Assembly: GCA_003166335.1 (NCBI GenBank)
Contig: PMWA01000054.1
Span: forward strand, 1,602-16,988
DNA from: Methanobacterium sp.
Lineage (GTDB): Archaea; Methanobacteriota; Methanobacteria; Methanobacteriales; Methanobacteriaceae
Reading direction: 5' to 3'
DNA: 15,387 bases
This document shows, in pieces, positions 1 to 8,003 of the stretch. The notes beneath the pieces were generated by a model. It worked only from the letters and a program-made list of their open reading frames with translations. It was not told the origin of the DNA and searched no databases. Position 1 is the first letter of the stretch; each line of letters opens with the position of its first letter. The position numbers were made by a program, and so were the translations under genes.

Positions 1-399
1 GGCTGCTCCCGGTTGCATATCCGCAATATTAATCGGTTGTATCATCAACGCAATAAGAATAGCTGCCGGCCCGAAGTAATAGAATCCCACAATCATAACC
101 AGTAATATTCCTATACCCCTGGAGAGTTGGCCAAATTCAACTGGAAGAACGTTTATTTTTTTTCTGCCAATTAAATCGTCTACGAATGCAAATACTCCAA
201 TTATTGCAATTAAATAATTCCCGGGAGGAGGGAAAAATATTATTAATACTAAAAAGGGAGCTAAACCCACTGCACGAGGTGTTCCACCCCTTAAACTGGT
301 GTATAAATTCTCTCCCCACCAAGTGATAATTGTTTTAAATAACAATGTTAAAAATGAGGATAAAATGAATATTATTATAAGTAGGATTATTTGATTCAA
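1..399 (-). CDS. MraY/WecA-like (glycosyltransferase family 4, polyprenyl-phosphate sugar-1-P transferase) membrane protein; 3' end runs off the window
   Basis: Manually translated: TTG start at 399, SD GGTGA (411-407) 7 nt upstream, in-frame TAA at 405-403. MNQIILLIIIFILSSFLTLLF...RGGTPRAVGLAPF...GVFAFVDDLIGRK...QPINIADMQPGAA is open to base 1, has several TM segments and the TP-x-x-x-G, DD and N-x-x-D-x-x-PG motifs typical of the family. Confidence 0.8.
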   Translation of the reverse strand, partial: MNQIILLIIIFILSSFLTLLFKTIITWWGENLYTSLRGGTPRAVGLAPFLVLIIFFPPPGNYLIAIIGVFAFVDDLIGRKKINVLPVEFGQLSRGIGILLVMIVGFYYFGPAAILIALMIQPINIADMQPGAA

Positions 400-523
400 A
401 ATTTATTCACCATATACTTTTATTTAACTATTAACCATTGAAATTTTGACTTTAATATTAAAAAAATTAAATTTTGTCAGCAGCAATAATTTTTTTTAAG
501 ATTTTAGGGGAGAAATCGGTTTT

Positions 524-1582
524 TTATATTGCATATCTTAAAAGCGCTGCAATTCCGCCCAAAGCAGATAATTGTTTTCCACCCTCATGTTCACTACTTA
601 TAACCATCACTTTACCCCCTAAATTCTCAGTGACATCCATCATCCTCTCCACATCTTCATTACGAAGTAACTCATCAATAATTAGCAACTGTTTCACAGC
701 ACCTGCATCAACAGCATTCTTAACTTCATTTTTTCCATACGTCACCATATTAGATGATTTACCAACTTCCTGCAATAATTGATTTATCAACCGCATTTCC
801 TGGGCAATACGTCCTTCAGTAGCCATCTCCTCCAGAACACCTTTTTGTAAAATTTCCCGAATCCCAGCTCTACCACCAGCTCCAGTACTCTCTAAACGAG
901 CTATTTTAGATAGTTTAGGATAATTCTCATCAAGGAACTTATAGAAATCATTTTTCCAAAACCCCGGGCCACCAATAACTATCCCTTCTATCCCCTCGAA
1001 ACTACTGATAGTTTTGATGATTTCATCATAAAAATCATTTAAAATTTTCTGCCGATTTTTTTGTACTTCTCTTTTACCTGTGATTCCCCCAATAATAGGG
1101 CCGTAATACTCCACTCCATACTGTCGTAGGATACCTAGATCTGCAACGTCATCTTCAATTATAATTACTAATGCACGAGGAGTTTTTGATGCTTTGATAG
1201 CGTCTTTAATTCTCTTTTGATGCCAACGAGTCCATCTTTCCTTTTGGATTTTAACCGAATTTTTAAGCTTCAAATCTAAGGTGTGATGGGAGCCTAAAGG
1301 GACTAAGTCTTCTGGCCCCTTTTCAATGACACCAGTAGTTCGTAGTTTCCCCGTGTACTTATGGAATTTAATGCTTTCAACACGTATGCCAATAAAGAAT
1401 GTTTTTTTAATTCCTCGATCGCTGCGTAATCGTTCTCCAGTTGTATCTTGTATTCGGCGGGTGGTTCTAGATGAGACCAGATCTCCTGGCTCTATAATAT
1501 GAGATAAATGCCATAAATCATCTAGAGTTTCAGGTAATAACTCTATAAGTCCTCTTCTAGCATCTTGATGAATTATACGCAT
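524..1582 (-). CDS. pelA: Pelota/Dom34 ribosome rescue and mRNA surveillance protein
   Basis: 352 aa; PETLDDLWHLSHII, GSHHTL, GPGFWK, YGKNEV, SSEHEGGKQLSALGGIAALLRY (eRF1-family domains). Confidence 0.97.
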   Translation of the reverse strand: MRIIHQDARRGLIELLPETLDDLWHLSHIIEPGDLVSSRTTRRIQDTTGERLRSDRGIKKTFFIGIRVESIKFHKYTGKLRTTGVIEKGPEDLVPLGSHHTLDLKLKNSVKIQKERWTRWHQKRIKDAIKASKTPRALVIIIEDDVADLGILRQYGVEYYGPIIGGITGKREVQKNRQKILNDFYDEIIKTISSFEGIEGIVIGGPGFWKNDFYKFLDENYPKLSKIARLESTGAGGRAGIREILQKGVLEEMATEGRIAQEMRLINQLLQEVGKSSNMVTYGKNEVKNAVDAGAVKQLLIIDELLRNEDVERMMDVTENLGGKVMVISSEHEGGKQLSALGGIAALLRYAI

Positions 1583-1865
1583 TTATAAAACCACTTTTTT
1601 TGATGTAAGAACGAATATGAATTTGATTTAAGGAAAAAAAATCGTGATAAATCTTACTTATTTATATTACAAATATTTTTTTTATTATCCATTGTTCATA
1701 AGTTTTCTCTTATTTCTAGAATTAATTCTACTAAAAAATTAATGATAATTTATGATTTTGAAGAGCTGGAAAGATTAAAAAAAAATGATTTTAGACATTT
1801 TGGATTAATAAATTAATGAGTATATACTAAAGATTTAAAATACATGGTTTTCCATAGATAACTCT

Positions 1866-3170
1866 ATGCAAGTGGCGATTATTGGTGGTACTCGTGGATT
1901 GGGAAATTGGATAGCTAATTTTCTTAAAGAAAGAGGATGTGATGTAATCATCACCGGTCGAAATTCTCTGATGGGAATGGAGATATCTGAAAAAATTGGG
2001 GTATCCTATACTTCCAATAACATCGAAGCTGCATCTGGAGCTGATATAGTGATTTTAGCGGTTCCCATAGATGTAACTCCTAAAATAATAATGGAAGTTG
2101 CTCCACACTTAAAAGAGGGTTCATTGTTAATGGATGTCACTTCTGTAAAGGAAGAACCATCACGGGCGATGGAGGAATTTATTCCAGATGGTGTGGAATT
2201 TATTCCTACTCATCCTATGTTCGGTCCCAGAATTAAATCCTTGGAGGGACAGGTTGTTGTATTAACACCATTGGATAAGGGTAAATGGTACGAGAAAGTA
2301 AATAAATTTTTAGAATCAGAAAATGCTCGTGTTATTGAAACCACTCCACAAATTCATGATCAAATGATGAGCATTGTCCAAGGTTTAACTCATTTTGCAT
2401 ATATCAGTATTGCTGTAACGTTGGAACGATTTCAGGTGGATGTTAAGATGTCCAGAAAATTTGCAAGTCCAGTGTATAGTTTGATGCTTGATATGATTGC
2501 TAGAATAGTTTCACAGAATCCTTATATGTATTATTCTATTCAGACTCAAAATCATTACGTTGCTGAGGTTCATAAGCAGTTTTCCTCCACTATTGATGAG
2601 TTGAATGATATATTAACCCATAACAATGAGGAAAGATTTGTAGAAGTCATGAGTTCAGCAGCTAAATATTTAGATGATTTAGAAGCATCTCTTGGAAGGT
2701 CTGATAAAGCGATATCTGTACTTACCGAGGAGATTAGGATATTGAAAAGTTCATTAGGTGAGGAAGTTGGCTTGAGACATATATATTCCGGAAGAATTCA
2801 TGTAGGGATTTTAGAGGAGATTACACCAAATTTTGTAATTATCAATAGTCATAACATGCTAGTAAAATTAAAAATATCGAATATAGAAATCTTAAACCCA
2901 AAGGAACTAAAACTATACAAGAATGAAAATTATCCAAGGAAGATTTTCGATGTTTCCGTTATTTTACCTAAGGATTCTAATCCAGAAGTGATATCAAGTA
3001 CAATAAGGACTTTAAATGATGTGGCAGATGTTTATGTCGAAGATGTGTATCAAGGCAGTCAGATCGAATCTGGAATGAAAAGCATCACTTTTAGATATCA
3101 CGTAATAGATGTTGAAGCACGAACTACTGTTGAAAAACTTCTTAAGGGTTTCGGCGGAATCGTACGATAA
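1866..3170 (+). CDS. tyrA: Prephenate/arogenate dehydrogenase with ~140-aa C-terminal extension
   Basis: Rossmann motif IIGGTRGLG, DVTSVK, THPMFGP, HDQMMSIVQGLTH. Confidence 0.95.
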   Translation: MQVAIIGGTRGLGNWIANFLKERGCDVIITGRNSLMGMEISEKIGVSYTSNNIEAASGADIVILAVPIDVTPKIIMEVAPHLKEGSLLMDVTSVKEEPSRAMEEFIPDGVEFIPTHPMFGPRIKSLEGQVVVLTPLDKGKWYEKVNKFLESENARVIETTPQIHDQMMSIVQGLTHFAYISIAVTLERFQVDVKMSRKFASPVYSLMLDMIARIVSQNPYMYYSIQTQNHYVAEVHKQFSSTIDELNDILTHNNEERFVEVMSSAAKYLDDLEASLGRSDKAISVLTEEIRILKSSLGEEVGLRHIYSGRIHVGILEEITPNFVIINSHNMLVKLKISNIEILNPKELKLYKNENYPRKIFDVSVILPKDSNPEVISSTIRTLNDVADVYVEDVYQGSQIESGMKSITFRYHVIDVEARTTVEKLLKGFGGIVR

Positions 3171-3478
3171 AAATAAAGGATTTCTATGAGAAATTTATTA
3201 GTAAATTAAAAAAATGTTGATAAATGTCTGCTTTACTATTTTTTTTTATATTTGAATATTTTGTAGTGCTTACTGGGCTTTTAATCATACTATTATCGTG
3301 AATTTCCTGCCTTTGCATCTTGTAACAAATAATCTTTGCAGAATTTCATGTAATGTTATTCTTTTAAAGTATTTCGTAGTTTGCTTTAAATTAACCTGTT
3401 TTGAATTGATTTTAGTAGGTTTTGTCATAACTAAAGCTTATACTAGAATTTATTTATCTTAAAATTTTAGACAAAACA

Positions 3479-3513
3479 TTTATATATATTGTACTACAAT
3501 GTTATAGTAACAT
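3479..3513 (+). promoter_or_regulatory. cdc48 TATA box (TTTATATA 3479-3486) followed by two overlapping inverted repeats
   Basis: Consensus archaeal TATA with A-rich BRE-like upstream sequence; ATTGTA-C-TACAAT (3488-3500) and ATGTTA-TAG-TAACAT (3499-3513). Confidence 0.55.
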
Positions 3514-3621
3514 AAGTTAACTAAATTATAATTGAAGTATAATTTCTTTTTTATCTATTTAAAGATTAACATTTATCTTTTAAGGATTTGAAAGGAGGAT
3601 TTTAACATTAACAATAAAGAA

Positions 3622-5796
3622 ATGAAATTAAAAGTAGCAGAAGCATATTCCCAAGGAGATGTAGGTAGATCAATAGCTAGAATAGACCCTAAATGCATGG
3701 AAAACCTTGATCTACTCGACGGGGATATAATAGAGATTGAAGGCAAAAAATTAACCGCCAACACTGTAGCCTCATCCCAATTAGACATAGGATTGGGAAT
3801 AATCAGAATAGATGGTTACATCAGAAAAAACGCTGGAGCTTCTATCGGAGAAGAAGTAACTGTAAGGCACGCTAAAGTTAAGGCAGCACAGAAGATAACC
3901 CTAGCGCCAGTCGATCAAAAAATCAGAATTACAGGAGATGTTAAAGGTGCATTTCAGGGACGAGTACTCTCCAAAGGAGATATAATAATCACCGGGATCA
4001 GACAACAAACCGTACGAAGCGGATTATTCGATGAATTCTTCCGTGAAATGGGTACTAGCGTCAGTCCAATGGGAGAATTAAAACTCGCAGTAATCGCCAC
4101 TAAACCCGCAGGAGTAGTTAAGGTCACTGAAATCAGTGAAGTAGAAATACAATCAGAACCCGTTGACATAGCTAAATTAGAAGGAGTAAAAACACTTATA
4201 GATGTAAATTATGAGGATATCGGTGGACTCAAAGAAGAAGTTAAAAAAGTCAGGGAAATGATAGAAATACCCCTCAAAAGACCTGAACTCTTCGAAAGAC
4301 TGGGAATATCACCACCAAAAGGAGTTCTAATGCACGGACCTCCAGGAACAGGTAAAACATTACTAGCTAAAGCCGTAGCTAATGAGACTGATGCACACTT
4401 CATCAGCATTCAAGGACCGGAAATCATGAGTAAATACGTGGGCGGATCCGAAGAAAGACTCAGAGAATTCTTTGAAGAAGCAGAAGAAAACGCTCCAAGT
4501 ATAATTTTCATAGATGAATTAGATGCTATCGCTCCAAAAAGAGAAGAAGTCTCTGGAGAAGTGGAAAGACGAGTAGTAGCTCAACTCTTAACATTAATGG
4601 ATGGACTTAAATCAAGAGGCCAAGTAGTAGTGATAGGAGCAACTAATAGGGTTGATTCTCTAGATGGTGCACTGCGACGTCCAGGACGTTTCGACCGGGA
4701 GATTGAGATTGGAGTGCCAGATAAAGACGGTCGCCGAGAAGTGCTTCAAATCCACACCAGAGGAATGCCATTAGATGAAAAAGTAGATCTCGATGAAATT
4801 GCTGAGATAACCCATGGTTTTGTAGGTGCAGATCTACAGTCACTTTGTAAAGAATCAGCTATGCGAGTTATAAGGCGAGTTCTCTCTGAAATTAAGGGTG
4901 ACGAGGAGATTCCACAGGAAACCTTGAAGAAAATGATTATTAATAAGAATGATTTCAAGGAAGCCCTTAAAGAAATTCAACCCTCAGCACTTCGTGAAGT
5001 AATGGTACAGGTTCCTGATATAAAATGGGATGATATTGGTGGCCTAGAATCTGCTAAACAGGAGTTAATAGAGGCTGTTGAATGGCCTTTAAAATATCCG
5101 GAGAATTTTGAAAAATTCGGGGTTAAACCACCTAAAGGTGTTCTAATTTATGGTCCACCGGGAACAGGTAAAACATTGTTAGCTAAAGCAGTAGCTAATG
5201 AAAGTGCATCAAACTTTATAGCTATTAAAGGACCTGAATTATTATCTAAGTGGGTTGGTGAATCAGAGAAAGGTGTACGTGAAGTATTTAGAAAAGCTAG
5301 ACAAACAGCACCAACAGTAATATTTTTCGATGAAATAGATTCTATAGCCTCCACTAGAGGTGGCGGTAGCTCTGACAATGGTGTAACACAGAGAGTGGTG
5401 AATCAACTTCTCACCGAGATTGATGGTATGGAAGAGTTAACGGATGTAGCTGTAATTGCCGCTACAAATCGAGTGGATATACTAGATCCCGCATTGGTAA
5501 GGCCTGGAAGATTTGACAGACATGTTAAAGTAGAAGCACCTAATGAAGCAGGTCGTTTATCAATATTTAAAGTTCACACTAAAAAAATGCCTTTAGCAGA
5601 AAATGTGAGCCTAAAAAGACTTGCTAAAGAATCAGACGGATATGTAGGTTCAGATATCGAAGCTGTGTGCCGTGAAGCTGTTATGTTAGCTCTCAGAGAA
5701 AACTTAGAAGTAGATACTATCTCAATGAAATACTTCAAAGAAGCCATGAAAAAGGTTAAAACAGAAGAGAAAATGGAATTGATACAGTATCATTAA
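3622..5796 (+). CDS. cdc48: Cdc48/VCP/VAT AAA+ ATPase (true start may be ATT at 3607)
   Basis: N-domain ([10 protein letters not shown]) and two AAA modules, each with [17 protein letters not shown]; Walker B IIFIDELD and [19 protein letters not shown]-terminus IQYH. Confidence 0.98.
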   Translation: MKLKVAEAYSQGDVGRSIARIDPKCMENLDLLDGDIIEIEGKKLTANTVASSQLDIGLGIIRIDGYIRKNAGASIGEEVTVRHAKVKAAQKITLAPVDQKIRITGDVKGAFQGRVLSKGDIIITGIRQQTVRSGLFDEFFREMGTSVSPMGELKLAVIATKPAGVVKVTEISEVEIQSEPVDIAKLEGVKTLIDVNYEDIGGLKEEVKKVREMIEIPLKRPELFERLGISPPKGVLMHGPPGTGKTLLAKAVANETDAHFISIQGPEIMSKYVGGSEERLREFFEEAEENAPSIIFIDELDAIAPKREEVSGEVERRVVAQLLTLMDGLKSRGQVVVIGATNRVDSLDGALRRPGRFDREIEIGVPDKDGRREVLQIHTRGMPLDEKVDLDEIAEITHGFVGADLQSLCKESAMRVIRRVLSEIKGDEEIPQETLKKMIINKNDFKEALKEIQPSALREVMVQVPDIKWDDIGGLESAKQELIEAVEWPLKYPENFEKFGVKPPKGVLIYGPPGTGKTLLAKAVANESASNFIAIKGPELLSKWVGESEKGVREVFRKARQTAPTVIFFDEIDSIASTRGGGSSDNGVTQRVVNQLLTEIDGMEELTDVAVIAATNRVDILDPALVRPGRFDRHVKVEAPNEAGRLSIFKVHTKKMPLAENVSLKRLAKESDGYVGSDIEAVCREAVMLALRENLEVDTISMKYFKEAMKKVKTEEKMELIQYH

Positions 5797-5808
5797 TTTA
5801 AAGGTTTA

Positions 5809-5838
5809 AGAAGAAATAATTTTTTTTTACTTTCTTCT
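5809..5838 (+). terminator. Putative cdc48 terminator
   Basis: AGAAGAAA (5809-5816) / TTTCTTCT (5831-5838) inverted repeat enclosing a T9 run, followed by further oligo-T tracts. Confidence 0.55.
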
Positions 5839-6133
5839 AAATATTTTATTTTTTTTAATTTTAAATTAGCTCATTTTTAGTCACTATTTTTTCTCATCTT
5901 TTACATTTTTTATATATTAGTCAAATCAAATCATTTTAAATTATTTAGAAGATTTATTTATCGTTCTTTTTATTGCTTTTTATGCTAGATTTTCTATAGC
6001 TCTATTTAATCTTAAGATCAGCTAATAATGAGTTCATTATCAGTTATGAGGTCTCTCCAGAGATTAGATAAGAAATGTTAAATATTAAAAATAGCGATAA
6101 GAATAAATTAGGTAAATTAGAGGCCAATTTATT

Positions 6134-6328
6134 ATGGTGGAAAAAACTGATGATCAAAATCAAATTACTGCAAAAGTTGTTGTAACATTGATTATTGTTA
6201 TTTTAGCAATTTTTTATTTATTTGTGGTAATTGGAATTGCTGTTATATTAGTTATATTTTTTGTAGTATGGTTAGTAAACAAATTACGGAGAAATCCGAA
6301 AGATTTGGAGATAAAAAAAATTAACTAA
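6134..6328 (+). CDS. Small hydrophobic membrane protein, 64 aa, unknown function
   Basis: GAGG at 6120-6123; ~34 consecutive apolar residues followed by the basic NKLRR (positive-inside pattern). Confidence 0.65.
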   Translation: MVEKTDDQNQITAKVVVTLIIVILAIFYLFVVIGIAVILVIFFVVWLVNKLRRNPKDLEIKKIN

Positions 6329-6572
6329 TATAATTAGAAAATGAGTATTTTAATTCAACCCAACTCCACTTCATAGAGTTACTCCCTCACTTAAAAAGTA
6401 AAATTTTTTATTAATTTTTCAAAAGTTTTTAACTAGATAAAATATATATTAAAGTTGAATCTGGTATTTTAATATCCATTGGAATTATTTAATTAAATTT
6501 CGATTAAAGTAACATAAGAATATTGAATAATATTATTTTCAAATAAATCCATTATTGCAAGGTGAAAAAAAC

Positions 6573-7826
6573 GTGACTTACAATGTAAAAGATATATCTC
6601 TAGCACCAGAGGGTGAAAAACGGATTAAATGGGTTCAAAGACATATGCCTGTTTTAGAACATATTAAAAAGAAGTTTGAAAAGGAAAAACCTTTTGAAGG
6701 TATCACAATTAGTTCTTGTTTACATTTAGAGCCTAAAACTATTAATTTAGGTTTAACTCTCCTAGCTGGGGGTGCTGAAGTTGTTATGACTGGTTGTAAT
6801 CCTTTATCCACTCAAGATGATGCTACCGCCGCTGGAGCTTCAATGGGCCTCAATATTTATGGTTGGAGAGGAGAAAACAACGAAGAATACTATCAGAATA
6901 TTAACCAGATTTTAGATTATAAACCAGATATTCTGATTGATGATGGCGCGGATATGATATTCCAAGTGCATAGGGAGAGGAGAGAACTCATTCCTAAAAT
7001 AATAGGGGCTTGTGAGGAAACCACAACTGGAATCCATAGATTAAAATCCATGGCTAAGGATAAAGCGCTTGATTTCCCTGTAATAGCTGTAAATGATGCT
7101 TACACTAAATATTTATTTGATAATCGTTACGGTACAGGTCAATCCACCTGGGACTCTATAATGGGCTCTACTAATGTACTTATCGCAGGTAAAACAGTAG
7201 TAGTCGCTGGTTATGGATGGTGCGGCCGTGGAATAGCTATGAGAGCTAATGGCCTCGGTGCCAACGTCATAATCACTGAAGTCGAACCAATAAGAGCTCT
7301 TGAAGCTCGTATGGATGGTTATAGAGTCATGCCTGTGCGTAATGCAGTTAAAGAGGCTGATTTATTAATAACTGCTACGGGGAATATTGATGTGGTTTCT
7401 GGGGCTGATTTCAATTACATGAAAGATGGTTGTATAATGGCTAATTCCGGTCATTTTAATGTAGAAATTAATCAGAATGATTTAATGGAAAAGTCCAAGA
7501 GTCATGATAAAATAAAAGGAGATATTGATGAGTATATCATGGAAGATGGACGTAAAATATACCTCCTAGCTGAGGGACGGTTAGTGAACTTAGCAGGTGA
7601 ACGCGGTCAAGGTCATCCTGCAGAGATAATGGATTTAAGTTTTGCCATGCAAGCTTTATCCGTCAAATATTTATTAGATAATGAATTAGAGGTTGGAGTT
7701 TACAAAATACCTGATGAAACCGATGAATATGTAGCAAAACTTAAATTAAAAGCTATGGGAATAGAAATTGACGAGTTAACCCTTAAGCAGAAAGAGTATA
7801 TTGAAGGTTGGGAGCAGGGGACCTAA
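6573..7826 (+). CDS. ahcY: Adenosylhomocysteinase family protein (in methanogens typically S-inosyl-L-homocysteine hydrolase), 417 aa
   Basis: CLHLEPKT, CNPLSTQD, EETTTG, FDNRYGTGQS, GYGWCGRG, GHPAEIMDLSF. Start moved from TTG 6555 to GTG 6573 because SD GGTGA (6561-6565) lies 7 nt upstream of it. Confidence 0.96.
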   Translation: MTYNVKDISLAPEGEKRIKWVQRHMPVLEHIKKKFEKEKPFEGITISSCLHLEPKTINLGLTLLAGGAEVVMTGCNPLSTQDDATAAGASMGLNIYGWRGENNEEYYQNINQILDYKPDILIDDGADMIFQVHRERRELIPKIIGACEETTTGIHRLKSMAKDKALDFPVIAVNDAYTKYLFDNRYGTGQSTWDSIMGSTNVLIAGKTVVVAGYGWCGRGIAMRANGLGANVIITEVEPIRALEARMDGYRVMPVRNAVKEADLLITATGNIDVVSGADFNYMKDGCIMANSGHFNVEINQNDLMEKSKSHDKIKGDIDEYIMEDGRKIYLLAEGRLVNLAGERGQGHPAEIMDLSFAMQALSVKYLLDNELEVGVYKIPDETDEYVAKLKLKAMGIEIDELTLKQKEYIEGWEQGT

Positions 7827-8003
7827 AAAAAACATTTTTCTTTACTAACATTTCTTTTTTTACGGATTTATTGAATAATCTTCATTTGAAACGTTTTAAA
7901 TTGAAAGTCCAGAACCTTAATTTTTGTAATATCAATATAATGAAATCATAAAATAAGGAAAATTCCTAGAGGTTTTTAGGTAGAGTATGGGGGATATTTT
8001 TTT

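Noticed and set aside
137..322. 61-aa minus-strand ORF in the track
   Set aside because: Out-of-frame shadow inside the MraY-like gene.
474..782. 102-aa plus-strand ORF
   Set aside because: Antisense shadow of pelota; no SD or motif.
4339..5200. DNA repeat (GGAACAGGTAAAACATT...GCTAAAGC) near 4345 and 5161
   Set aside because: Explained by the D1/D2 AAA duplication.
3573..5378. Six minus-strand ORFs of 66-76 aa within cdc48
   Set aside because: Antisense shadows; the repeated NVLPVPGGP simply mirrors the two Walker A motifs.
3506..6518. AGTAACATAAG shared by the cdc48 (3506-3516) and ahcY (6508-6518) upstream regions
   Set aside because: An 11-mer in AT-rich DNA, and the ahcY copy lacks the palindromic partner.
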